A stretch of 64,000 nucleotides of DNA, taken from NCBI GenBank assembly GCA_045807285.1, contig JBJMHR010000021.1, positions 90,612 through 154,611 of the forward strand, written 5' to 3'. Below, piece after piece: positions 9,522 through 18,082 of the stretch. Made by a program: the position numbers and the translations under genes. How positions within the stretch are numbered: position 1 is the stretch's first letter; each line of letters begins with the position of its first letter. The notes under the pieces were generated by a model, which worked only from the letters and a program-made list of their open reading frames with translations, did not search any database and was not told the origin of the DNA. This stretch comes from Actinomycetes bacterium. Its GTDB lineage: Bacteria > Actinomycetota > Actinomycetes > JAWWOW01.

Positions 9522-9773
9522 GTGCCCAGCGACGCTCAGTCCCCAGTAGGGGCGACCCGCGTCGAGTTGATGGACGGCGCGGCGTGCGTGGTCACCTGGC
9601 CGCTCGGCGGGGCGAAGCGCGACCTGGCACTGGTCGACCTGCTCGCCCGGCTCCAGCTCGGCGCCGGCCGGCTCGGCTGGCGCATCCAAGTGCGCGACGT
9701 GGATGAGCAGCTCCGCGCCTTGCTGGAGATGGTCGGGCTGACCGAAGTCCTAACCCTCGAGCCGAGGCGGTAG
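9522..9773 (+). CDS. Small hypothetical protein (83 aa)
   Basis: GTG start at 9522 preceded by a GGAGG SD at 9509-9513. Composition is protein-like. It is convergent with the sigma factor gene with a 24-bp overlap. Confidence 0.3.
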   Translation: MPSDAQSPVGATRVELMDGAACVVTWPLGGAKRDLALVDLLARLQLGAGRLGWRIQVRDVDEQLRALLEMVGLTEVLTLEPRR

Positions 9774-10715
9774 CCCGAACGCGGCGAACAGCCGCGTGTC
9801 GAGGAAGTGATGCAGCCCGATGAGTTTCTCGCCGTCGGTCTCGATCACTTGGATCGCAAACGGGTCCCATGTGTTCGGGCCGCTCACTTTGTACGCACCG
9901 AACGCGGCACAACCGTTCGCGTACGTCGGGATGAGTCGCGATCCCTCGCAGGCAGCACCCTGCCCGGTGTACCACTTCGCGATGTCCTCGAGTGTGTTCA
10001 GCCACAGCGGGAACGGCGGCATGTCGAACACTGCATCGTCACGGATCAACGCAACCAGGCTCTCGATGTCGTAACGCTGAAAAGCGTCGACATACTTCGC
10101 CAGCAGCTCCTGCTGGTGGGCGTCAATCCGACCCGGCGACTCTGTCGTCACGTCGCTCTCCGCGAGGGTCGCCCTCGCCCGCTGCAACGCGCTGTTCACC
10201 GATGCGACGCTCGTCTCGAGGAGCTCGGCCACCTCGGTCGCCTGCCAGCGAAGCACCTCACGGAGGATGAGCACAGCGCGCTGCTTCGGCGGAAGATGTT
10301 GCAGGGCCGCGACGAAGGCCAGCCGCACCGTGTCACGTTGGGTGGCCAGCTCGGCCGGATCGGCCTCGATCGGGAGCACGCGCTCATCGGCGATCGGTGA
10401 GACCCAGGTGCTCTCCGGGCTTGCGGCAGGCAGCGGTGTGTCCGCCGACCACGGGCTGGAGAGGTCGACCGGCTGTGCGCGCCGGCCGGAGCTCCGCAGC
10501 ATGTCGAGGCAGACGTTGGTCGCTATCCGGTAGAGCCACGAACGGAATGCAGCGCGTCCCTCGAACTGGTCGATGCTCTTCCACGCGCGCAACAGCGTTT
10601 CCTGCACGCCGTCCTCGGCCTCGAAGCCGGAGCCCAACATGCGATAGCAGTAGCCGGTCAGCTCGCGTCGATGCGCCTCGAGCTCGCGCTCGAGGTCGAA
10701 TTCCGTCGTCGTCAT
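9750..10715 (-). CDS. RNA polymerase ECF sigma factor, ECF41 (SigJ-like) with C-terminal SnoaL-like extension
   Basis: Sigma region 2 (LTGYCYRMLGSGFEAEDGVQETLLRAW) and region 4 (LPPKQRAVLILREVLRWQATEVAELLETSVASVNSALQRAR) are present. The C-terminal ~120 aa has an NTF2/SnoaL-like fold (YVDAFQRYD...NGCAAFGAY), as in the ECF41 family. The ORF extends to 10745; an ATG at 10715 (MTTTEF) is the alternative start used here. Confidence 0.85.
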   Translation of the reverse strand: MTTTEFDLERELEAHRRELTGYCYRMLGSGFEAEDGVQETLLRAWKSIDQFEGRAAFRSWLYRIATNVCLDMLRSSGRRAQPVDLSSPWSADTPLPAASPESTWVSPIADERVLPIEADPAELATQRDTVRLAFVAALQHLPPKQRAVLILREVLRWQATEVAELLETSVASVNSALQRARATLAESDVTTESPGRIDAHQQELLAKYVDAFQRYDIESLVALIRDDAVFDMPPFPLWLNTLEDIAKWYTGQGAACEGSRLIPTYANGCAAFGAYKVSGPNTWDPFAIQVIETDGEKLIGLHHFLDTRLFAAFGLPPRLEG

Positions 10716-10773
10716 GGGCCGACAGCGTACGTCGAGTTCGGTCACCGATGACTCCTTGCGCCGCGAGTTGGGG

Positions 10774-12255
10774 TCAGGCTGTTTCGCAGTACGCCGGACG
10801 CATTCCGGCGGCCGGGGCGGTGGCGGGCGCGGCGGCAGCGGTGTGCTTCGGACGCGGGGTGCGGAACATCAGCGCCCCGACCGCGATGGCGGCAAGCACC
10901 AAGCCGGCCCCAACGAGGAAGGCGAGGTGGTATCCGCCGGTCAAGGCAGCCGCTGTGGGGTGACCGGCGCCGAGCAGGTGTCCGGCTCGCGCGGTCGACA
11001 GGGTCGCCAGCACGGCCAAGCCCAACGCGCCGCCGGCCTCGGCCGTCGTGTTGACCAGACCGGATGCGAGCCCCGCCTCCTCCGGTGCAACGCCCTGCAT
11101 CGCAAGACCCATCAAGGCGGGGAAGCAGACACCGGCACCGAGACCCATGAGCGCGGTCGCCGGGAGCACGTCGCGCACGTAGTTGCCGGCAACCGGAGCC
11201 TGCGCGAACAGCACCATCGCCAACGCGATGACCGCGAGGCCTGCCAGGACCGATGCCTTTGCACCGAAGCGCGTGATCAGCCGCTCGGAGTAGCGCAACG
11301 ACAAGACACCCATGACGACGCAGGTCGGCAGGAATGCGAGCCCTATCTGCAGCGCGCCGTACCCGAGAACACTCTGCAGGTAGAGCGAGCCCAGGAAGAA
11401 CATCCCGAACATCCCCGCAGTGCCGAGTGTCTGGACGATGTTGGCTCCTGCCACGGTGCCGAGCTTGAAGATGCGCAACGGCATGAGCGGCGTCGTGGCT
11501 GTTGCCTCGCGTACAACGAATCCAGCCACGAGCACGACCGTGCACGCCAGGCCAGCAATCGTCGTCAGGGACGTCCAACCGCTTTCTGCTGCCGGCTTCA
11601 CGATCGTGAACACGCCCACCATCAGCGCGCCGGTGACGAGCAATGCCCCCGGTACGTCGGCACCGGCGCGCATCCCGATGCCTGTGTCGTTGTCGATGTA
11701 GCGCGTCGCGAGCACAGCAGTGACCAACCCGATCGGGACGTTGACGAAGAAGATCCAGTGCCAGTTGATCGACTGCGTCAGCGCGCCACCGGCGAGCAGA
11801 CCGACCGAGCCGCCGGCAGAGGCCACGAAGCCATAGACGCCGATCGCCTTCGCCTGCTCCCGCGGCTCCGGGAACATGGTGACGATCATCCCCAGGATGA
11901 CCGCTGACGTCATTGCACCGCCCACACCCTGCAGGAAACGAGCGCCGACCAGGACCGACTGGCTCTGCGCCAACCCACACAGCAGTGAGGCGCCCGTGAA
12001 AAGCGCGAGACCGGCGAGGAAGACGCGCCGGCGGCCGACGAGGTCCCCCAACCTGCCGGCAAGCAGGAGCAGCCCACCGAACGAGATGAGGTAGGCATTC
12101 ACGACCCAGGCGAGACTGGAAGTGGAGAAGCCGAGATCCGCCTGGATCGAGGGCAGCGCGACATTCACCACGGTGACGTCCAGGACGATCATCAGCATCC
12201 CGATGCAGAGCACGTACAGCGCGACCCAGCGACTGCGGTCCGAGTTCGTCGTCAT
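10774..12255 (-). CDS. MFS transporter, DHA2 (EmrB/QacA, 14-TMS) drug:H+ antiporter family
   Basis: Contains VLDVTVVNVALPSIQADL and the GRLGDLVGRRRVF motif, with 14 hydrophobic segments over 493 aa. Confidence 0.85.
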   Translation of the reverse strand: MTTNSDRSRWVALYVLCIGMLMIVLDVTVVNVALPSIQADLGFSTSSLAWVVNAYLISFGGLLLLAGRLGDLVGRRRVFLAGLALFTGASLLCGLAQSQSVLVGARFLQGVGGAMTSAVILGMIVTMFPEPREQAKAIGVYGFVASAGGSVGLLAGGALTQSINWHWIFFVNVPIGLVTAVLATRYIDNDTGIGMRAGADVPGALLVTGALMVGVFTIVKPAAESGWTSLTTIAGLACTVVLVAGFVVREATATTPLMPLRIFKLGTVAGANIVQTLGTAGMFGMFFLGSLYLQSVLGYGALQIGLAFLPTCVVMGVLSLRYSERLITRFGAKASVLAGLAVIALAMVLFAQAPVAGNYVRDVLPATALMGLGAGVCFPALMGLAMQGVAPEEAGLASGLVNTTAEAGGALGLAVLATLSTARAGHLLGAGHPTAAALTGGYHLAFLVGAGLVLAAIAVGALMFRTPRPKHTAAAAPATAPAAGMRPAYCETA

Positions 12256-12324
12256 ACCGCATCAGACGAGTCGGCCGCGGGAAACTCATCGCCAGGGGCG
12301 GACCGTCGTACGATCGCGGACCGG

Positions 12325-12843
12325 ATGAAGTTCTCGTTCGCCACTGAGGCCGACCTCGCGGCCGTGCACGCGCTGGTGGAGTCCGCATACCGTGGCGAGA
12401 GCAGCCGGGCGGGTTGGACGACGGAAGCTGATCTGGTCGATGGGCCGCGGACGAGCGTCGACGAGCTACGGGCCATCATCACGGCCCCCGACAACGCCTT
12501 TCTGCTCGCAAGGGACGGCGCCGGGAGTCTCCTCGCGTGTTGCCACCTGCAGCGTCGAGGTGACGCGCTGTACTTCGGGATGTTCGCCGTCGACCCCACC
12601 CGGCAAGCCGACGGCGTCGGCACGGCGATGCTCGCGGAAGCCGAGCGGATCGCTCGCGACCTGTGGCGGCTCCCCCGTGTGACGATGCAGGTCATCGAAG
12701 CGCGCACCGAGCTGATCGACTGGTACGCACGCCGCGGCTACCACCAGACCGGCAACGCGTTGCCGTTCCCGTACGACGTGCAGGCGCGCACCGGTCCGCG
12801 GATCGCGGGGCTTCGGTTGGTCATGTTGGAGAAGGCGCTCTAG
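12325..12843 (+). CDS. GNAT family N-acetyltransferase
   Basis: 172 aa. The acetyl-CoA motif RQADGVGTAMLAEAE is present together with the GNAT fold pattern. Confidence 0.85.
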   Translation: MKFSFATEADLAAVHALVESAYRGESSRAGWTTEADLVDGPRTSVDELRAIITAPDNAFLLARDGAGSLLACCHLQRRGDALYFGMFAVDPTRQADGVGTAMLAEAERIARDLWRLPRVTMQVIEARTELIDWYARRGYHQTGNALPFPYDVQARTGPRIAGLRLVMLEKAL

Positions 12844-13634
12844 GGCAGCAACTTGGCGCGGAGCCGCTCGACGTCGCTGTCGTCGTACCCGTGAGCCTTC
12901 AACCAGCTGAGGACCCCGTCATACCGCGCGTCGAGCTGCTGCAAGAACGCCAGCATCGTCTCCGCGCGTGGCTTGTGCACGTCAGCCGGCATCTTGTCCA
13001 GATCCGCGGCGTAGGTCTGGGACGCCGCCAACCGCGCCATGATCGCGTCGATGCGTTCGCCACTCGCGACGTAGTCCTCGACGATCGCCTCGGGGAGCAC
13101 GTTCACGACTGACAACGCCAACGCGATGACGACACCGGTGCGGTCCTTGCCTGCAGCGCAATGCACGATCGCTGCTCCCGGTGCACCGGCGATAGCGCGC
13201 AAGGCACCGACAACGCTGTCGGGCCGATCAGTGACGTAGCCGAGGTAGTACGCGCAGACCGGATCATCCGGGTAGTGCGCCAAGACGTGCTCGCGACGTT
13301 CAGCCAACCCGAGCAGCCCGTCGGCGGCAGCGTCGGTGGCGCGGCCGGCCTCGGGGATGACGGACTGATGGACGAAGGTCAGCGAGCCGACGTGGGTCAG
13401 TGGCCCCGGTCCCTCCAGCTCGACCTCACCCGAGCTGCGGAGGTCGACCACGGTCGAGACGCGGAGATCTTCGACCAGGTGGCGGACGTCGCCGGGGGTC
13501 AGCCCTTGCAGGTTGTCCGCGCGCACGACACGACGGTGCGCGGTCTGCCCACCATCACGGGTTGGCAAGCCGCCGACGTCGCGAACATTGACCGCGCCCT
13601 GCAGATCCACCCAACTCATGCGCTCCATCCTCAC
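12840..13634 (-). CDS. Protein-tyrosine phosphatase (low-MW atypical/dual-specificity type, CX5R)
   Basis: Contains the active-site motif HCAAGKDRTG (CX5R P-loop) and an N-terminal DLRS...E region, as in the Tyr/Ser phosphatase family. Confidence 0.85.
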   Translation of the reverse strand: MRMERMSWVDLQGAVNVRDVGGLPTRDGGQTAHRRVVRADNLQGLTPGDVRHLVEDLRVSTVVDLRSSGEVELEGPGPLTHVGSLTFVHQSVIPEAGRATDAAADGLLGLAERREHVLAHYPDDPVCAYYLGYVTDRPDSVVGALRAIAGAPGAAIVHCAAGKDRTGVVIALALSVVNVLPEAIVEDYVASGERIDAIMARLAASQTYAADLDKMPADVHKPRAETMLAFLQQLDARYDGVLSWLKAHGYDDSDVERLRAKLLP

Positions 13635-13742
13635 AGCAGATCAATTGCCACAGCGCCGGTGAACGATTAAGGTTCGAATTACTAGATTTCCCCCTTCCGG
13701 GGTGGCGCTCCGGTCCCTGGCGACGCTCCCGTCCGAGAGACG

Positions 13743-14144
13743 GTGAGGCCAGTGGGACCGACGAAGCAGTCGGAGATTCCGACGGACACTCATATGGCGC
13801 GTCTCACTGCCGACGCTATTGACGGCGACGTAACCGGCGACGCGCTGCCCGTCGTCTGGCTCATGCTTGGCCACGTCGACTACGCGCGCCTTGGCGATCT
13901 GCGTTGGCAACTCCACGATCTGCTCACTCGCGAACCCTGTCGAGTCGTCGTCGACCTCACCGACCTCGACGGCGAGAGCGAACTGACCGTGTTCGCAGTG
14001 CTCGTCAACGCGGACCGGCTGACACATATGCGGGCAAGTGAGTTGATGGTCGTCAAACCCCCGGCACGATTTCGACGAGCGATGGGTGTGTCCGGTTTGC
14101 GCGAGCTACGAGCACAACCAGCGGAGCAGTGTCCGCCCACCTAA
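13743..14144 (+). CDS. STAS-domain protein (anti-sigma-factor antagonist-like)
   Basis: VVDLTDLDGESELTVFAVLVNADRL resembles STAS/SpoIIAA. The start is uncertain (GTG at 13743 or ATG at 13794). Confidence 0.5.
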   Translation: MRPVGPTKQSEIPTDTHMARLTADAIDGDVTGDALPVVWLMLGHVDYARLGDLRWQLHDLLTREPCRVVVDLTDLDGESELTVFAVLVNADRLTHMRASELMVVKPPARFRRAMGVSGLRELRAQPAEQCPPT

Positions 14145-14149
14145 CAAAA

Positions 14150-14312
14150 GCAACCTATTAAGCGATGACCTTGGGGTAAGGTCGACGAGGAAAAGAAACG
14201 ATGCATTCCAGCGTGTGCTCGACGCTCTTACCAACGTTCTATACGTAACGGTTTCGGACGAGCGGCTGCACCAGACCCCGGCGGCCCTCCCTCAAGCGAG
14301 GGGCCACCCCCC
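14150..14312. promoter_or_regulatory. AT-rich (~50% GC) island upstream of atypical LuxR gene
   Basis: This is the lowest-GC stretch in the window (aacctattaagcgatgacc...gaaaagaaacgatgcattcc...ttctatacgtaacgg). Confidence 0.3.
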
Positions 14313-14996
14313 ATGCACGTTGTGAATGGAAATCCCACGAAGACGCTGAGCACACCGACCGAAGCAACAGGCCGGGGCGGTACTCGACGCACCCGAGTTG
14401 CCGTGGTCAGCCGTCAGGTTCTCGTGAGCGGCATGCTGCGCCCAGCGCTGGAACAACATGACGGCATTGACGTCGTGCTCGACATTGAAGACCCGTTCGA
14501 CGGCTTTCCCTTGCTGGAAGCAGCAAACCCGGACGTCGTGCTCCTGTGGACCGGGTCGGGCCACGTGCAGACGGTGATCCGCGCGTTGGCCGAGCGACTG
14601 GAAAACGTGAAAGTGATCGTGCTCAGCGGATCGACAACGAACGAGTTGGTCGCCCAGGCGTTCGACGCGGGCGCCAGCGGCTGCATATCGCTTCGGCTGC
14701 CGCTCTCCGCCGTGGTCGAGGCCATCGCCGCCGGCGGCCGGCCGCGGTCACGCCCAAGCACCGCGGTGCCCACACCTCGGCGTACCAGAGAACCGGACCG
14801 AAGCCAGTACCTGACCAACCGTGAACGCGAAGTGCTCAGCCGCATCGCTGATGGGGAATCGACCCGCGGCATTGCCTCCGACTTCGGTGTATCACTCGCC
14901 ACCGTGCGCACGCACACGCAAAACATTCTCATGAAGCTAGGCGTTCACTCGAAAGTCGAGGCGGCCGCGTACGCGGTGCGTAACAACCTGAGTTGA
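14313..14996 (+). CDS. LuxR/NarL-family DNA-binding protein with atypical (pseudo-)receiver domain
   Basis: The C-terminal HTH LTNREREVLSRIADGESTRGIASDFGVSLATVRTHTQNILMKL is LuxR type. The N-terminal region has an REC-like fold but lacks the acidic pocket: VVSRQ replaces the DD pair, and W sits at the phospho-acceptor position (PDVVLLWTGSG). Confidence 0.8.
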   Translation: MHVVNGNPTKTLSTPTEATGRGGTRRTRVAVVSRQVLVSGMLRPALEQHDGIDVVLDIEDPFDGFPLLEAANPDVVLLWTGSGHVQTVIRALAERLENVKVIVLSGSTTNELVAQAFDAGASGCISLRLPLSAVVEAIAAGGRPRSRPSTAVPTPRRTREPDRSQYLTNREREVLSRIADGESTRGIASDFGVSLATVRTHTQNILMKLGVHSKVEAAAYAVRNNLS

Positions 14997-15769
14997 GGCA
15001 TATGTTGGCCGATGCCGAGAAACGGCGTCGCGGGAGCTCCGAGCTCCCTGGCCCGATCCTGCTCGCGCACGAGCTGCGCTCGCACCTCGCCGCGATCATG
15101 CTTGCCTCCTCACATCTGCGCCACCTGACCGCGAGCGCTGCGGACGAAGACGTCACGCGCGCATTGACGACGATCGACAACGCGGTAGGACGCGCGACGG
15201 AGCTCACGACCTGGGTGACGGATTCGGTGGCGGATCTCCTCGAGCCGGTATCCGATGGACAGTCCGCGCTTCCTGGCGTGCCCCGTAACTCTCACGTCGA
15301 CCTTGTCAAGACCGTCACGGACGTCGTTTCGGATCTTCGGCGGATCATTCCCCAGCAGGACGTCCGCGTCGCCGTGTCAGATCACGTGGCCGCGTTGGGC
15401 GACGAGGTCCGCATCCGCGCAATTCTGACGATCGTGATCCTGAACACCGCGCGCCGTTCCACCAACGGCACTGCGATCGATGTCACCGTGTACCGGGAGA
15501 AAGCAACCGCGCAGGTGGTCATTGCGTCGGCGTCCTGGCGACCCGGTCAGGCCGAGATCGACGCACTGTTGCTGCCGTTCAGCGCCATGGAGTCGACGAT
15601 CTCCCTCGACCTCGGGTCCCCGCCGAAACGAGTGGCGACCGGATCGAGCGCAAGTACCGGCTCGGTTCGCGCGGCAAGCATCGATGGTCATGTCGGCGTC
15701 ATCGTGCGCATGCCACTGGGGCGTCTCGCAGTGCCGGATGTGCCCCGGCCCAGCAGCCCGGCGTTATGA
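14993..15769 (+). CDS. Histidine-kinase-like protein without transmembrane sensor (HisKA H-box, degenerate ATPase)
   Basis: H-box LLAHELRSHLAAIM followed by an N-box-like ILTIVILNTARRS. No hydrophobic segments. The start overlaps the upstream stop (TTG at 14993, or ATG at 15002, in the same frame). Confidence 0.6.
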   Translation: MRHMLADAEKRRRGSSELPGPILLAHELRSHLAAIMLASSHLRHLTASAADEDVTRALTTIDNAVGRATELTTWVTDSVADLLEPVSDGQSALPGVPRNSHVDLVKTVTDVVSDLRRIIPQQDVRVAVSDHVAALGDEVRIRAILTIVILNTARRSTNGTAIDVTVYREKATAQVVIASASWRPGQAEIDALLLPFSAMESTISLDLGSPPKRVATGSSASTGSVRAASIDGHVGVIVRMPLGRLAVPDVPRPSSPAL

Positions 15770-15866
15770 CCCCCCTCGTCTCGTTCATCTGACGGATGCT
15801 GCCGCCACGACTGCGGCCGTAGCCTCGGCGAAGAGCCAACCCGCCCATTGCAAGTGAGGAGTTGGG

Positions 15867-16121
15867 ATGGATCTCTCAGCGAGCGACGACGTCACTGACC
15901 TCAGCGTCAACTCTGGTGAGCGGCGGCGATACAACCGCCGTCGGCCCGAGTCACAACCATCTCCGCCGTACTTCGCCGTGTTCGAGCGTATGGCTGAGTC
16001 GTTGGAAGCGATCGTCAGCTTGCTGGACATCGGCATCAGCGAGGCGAGAGAGCGTCAAGCGGAGCAGCTGCCAAGGGTCGAGCGCCCGAACCTGCCAAGT
16101 CAATCCGGACCCGGGCGATAA
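15867..16121 (+). CDS. Small hypothetical protein (84 aa), acidic Ser/Asp-rich N-terminus
   Basis: ATG with a near-perfect SD (GAGGAG, 7 nt upstream). It sits directly upstream of the first sulfotransferase gene. Confidence 0.4.
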   Translation: MDLSASDDVTDLSVNSGERRRYNRRRPESQPSPPYFAVFERMAESLEAIVSLLDIGISEARERQAEQLPRVERPNLPSQSGPGR

Positions 16122-16193
16122 CCGCCCGCTTGAACGTCCGTAACCGGGCATTCGGCGCTCTGCGCTAGGAGACGCTCATCCGGGGAGGACCTC

Positions 16194-17111
16194 GTGCTGC
16201 CCAACTTGCTCGTCATCGGTGCAGCGAAGGCCGGCACGACAAGCTTGTGGGCGTATCTGGACGCGCACCCGGACGTGTTCATGGCGCCGGACAAGGAACT
16301 GCACTTCTTCGACCTCGACAGCAACTGGAGTCGCGGCGTCGATTGGTACGCCGGTCACTTCGACGGCAGCGACGGCTACGCGATCGTTGGCGAAGCCACC
16401 CCGGCCTACGCCCGGTACCCCCACCGGCCGAATGCAGCGGAACGTGCCGCAGCCGTGGTACCGGATGCGCGGCTCATCTATCTCGTCCGCGACCCGGTGG
16501 AGCGTGCGCGTTCCCACGTCGTACACGAGATGCGTCACGGCCGCGAGCGGCTCGACCTCGCCGCTGCGTTGTCGGCGAACCCGATGTATCTCGACACCAG
16601 TCGCTATGCCATGCAGCTACGGCAATGGCTGGCTCACTACCGGCGCGAAGCCGTGCTCGTGGTCGAGAGCGAGAGATTGCGTTCTGACCCGGAGACCACG
16701 CTGCGCAGCATCTACCGCTTCCTGTGTGTCGAGGAGCTCGTGCTGCCGGACACGATCGTCGTGAACGAGTCGGCGCAGGCGCTTCGGAGCAGCCCGCGGT
16801 CCCAGCGACTACGCACCAGGAGCGGTGTCCGCACCCTGGCTGCGGTCACCCCTCGCACCTTGCGAGCGGGCCTGAAGGATCGCATCAGGAAGCGCGAACA
16901 CGCACGCGCCCTCGGCGCCGCGATATCACCAGAGCTGCGCGCACAGCTGCTCGAACAGCTTCGACCGGATATCGAAGCACTGGCCGCATTACTGCCGCCG
17001 ACGTTCACCGGCTGGGGCTTGCTCGGCGAACAAAGGACGGCAACAACCGGCGCATTTGTATCAGGGGGAGCCGTTCGAGGCTCCTCGTTAAGCAGCGAGG
17101 AGGCGAGCTGA
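16194..17111 (+). CDS. Sulfotransferase family protein (PAPS-dependent, Sulfotransfer_3-like)
   Basis: 5'-phosphosulfate-binding loop LLVIGAAKAGTTSL. KELHFFD...NWSRGVDWY block. 3'-phosphate-binding motif LIYLVRDPVERARS. Confidence 0.8.
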   Translation: MLPNLLVIGAAKAGTTSLWAYLDAHPDVFMAPDKELHFFDLDSNWSRGVDWYAGHFDGSDGYAIVGEATPAYARYPHRPNAAERAAAVVPDARLIYLVRDPVERARSHVVHEMRHGRERLDLAAALSANPMYLDTSRYAMQLRQWLAHYRREAVLVVESERLRSDPETTLRSIYRFLCVEELVLPDTIVVNESAQALRSSPRSQRLRTRSGVRTLAAVTPRTLRAGLKDRIRKREHARALGAAISPELRAQLLEQLRPDIEALAALLPPTFTGWGLLGEQRTATTGAFVSGGAVRGSSLSSEEAS

Positions 17112-18076
17112 TGAGCGCTACACGGATCAAGAGCCGTCGGGCGGCGGCCGTCTGCCGAGCCGTGGCACCGCTCAGCGTGGCTGCGACCGTTTTCGCCATG
17201 GCAGCACCAGCGCATGCCACCTCAGCTGCACATAGCGACGGGTTCGACCCTGGCCTCCCGGAGCCGGTTGCCGTCGCGACGAGTGGCGACAGCCCCGGAA
17301 CCGGATCCGCCTCGGACCCGGGGAACGGGCTGTCGTCCACCGCCGCTCCGGCGGCGACGCCGACGCCTGGCAGCGGTCGCTGGGCGCATCGACAGCAGGA
17401 GCAGAGTCCGGGGCAACAAACCGTGTCGCACCCCGCGCCGGCTGGCCACGTGCCTGCACCCGCGCCGGCCGCCACACCATCGCCGCAGCCGTGCCCGCCT
17501 CCGCCACCGCAGCACCACGACAACGGTGACCACGGCTTCTTCACGGTCAAGATCACAAATCAGCCCAGCCACCACTTCCTCGTGACGCTGACGTTCCAGT
17601 GCTATGACAAGAACGAGACGCAACACGCAAAGGTGGGCTTCACCGGTGTCAGCCCCACGGGCGACGGCGTACCGGTCAAGATCCTGAGCGGTACGACGAC
17701 CTTCAGCTTCGTCGGTCACCGGTCGACGGCCATTGTCGACGCGGTCCAGGCCTATGTGCTCGATCCCACGGTGCTTGGTCCTTCGGTTGCCAACCAGTGG
17801 CATGTCCGCATCAACGTGCCGATCACGCCGGACGAAAGCGCATCACGTGCTGCTCTCGTCGTACTCGGCACCGGACCCGAGCCGACGCCTACCGTGCTCC
17901 CGTTCCACCGCATCCTCGGGGAGCAGCAGGTCCCACCGCCCAGCGGCAGCAGCCTTCCCTCTACCGGCTTGTCGTCAGTGCCTGCGTACGGCATCGGCGC
18001 CGTGGCCATCTCGACGGGCTTGTTCTTCCTGGTCGTCGGCGCCCGGCCCACCCGCAAGTACAAGCACCGGAGGTAG
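17111..18076 (+). CDS. LPXTG-type cell-wall-anchored surface protein with Pro/Ser/Thr-rich linker
   Basis: The ATG overlaps the stop of the upstream gene (TGATG), and AGGAGG lies upstream. Sec signal peptide ...AMAAPAHA/TS. A ~110-aa P/S/T/G-rich low-complexity region. A beta-rich domain. C-terminal LPSTG + hydrophobic helix + RPTRKYKHRR tail. Confidence 0.7.
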   Translation: MSATRIKSRRAAAVCRAVAPLSVAATVFAMAAPAHATSAAHSDGFDPGLPEPVAVATSGDSPGTGSASDPGNGLSSTAAPAATPTPGSGRWAHRQQEQSPGQQTVSHPAPAGHVPAPAPAATPSPQPCPPPPPQHHDNGDHGFFTVKITNQPSHHFLVTLTFQCYDKNETQHAKVGFTGVSPTGDGVPVKILSGTTTFSFVGHRSTAIVDAVQAYVLDPTVLGPSVANQWHVRINVPITPDESASRAALVVLGTGPEPTPTVLPFHRILGEQQVPPPSGSSLPSTGLSSVPAYGIGAVAISTGLFFLVVGARPTRKYKHRR

Positions 18077-18082
18077 CCCGGG

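Noticed and set aside
8633-9706. 357-aa plus-strand ORF
   Set aside because: Antisense to the DUF4389 gene. His/Arg/Pro-rich.
10742-12388. 548-aa minus-strand ORF overlapping the MFS transporter gene in another frame
   Set aside because: R/G/P/H-rich low-complexity translation typical of an alternative frame of high-GC DNA. The MFS frame has coherent TM helices and motifs.
13641-14027. 128-aa minus-strand ORF
   Set aside because: It overlaps the STAS-domain plus-strand ORF, which has the recognisable fold pattern. No features were found.
16724-18076. 450-aa ORF-track version of the LPXTG protein
   Set aside because: The upstream 129 codons overlap the sulfotransferase gene in another frame and are Arg-rich. 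An ATG at 17111 with an AGGAGG SD and a signal peptide is the credible start.
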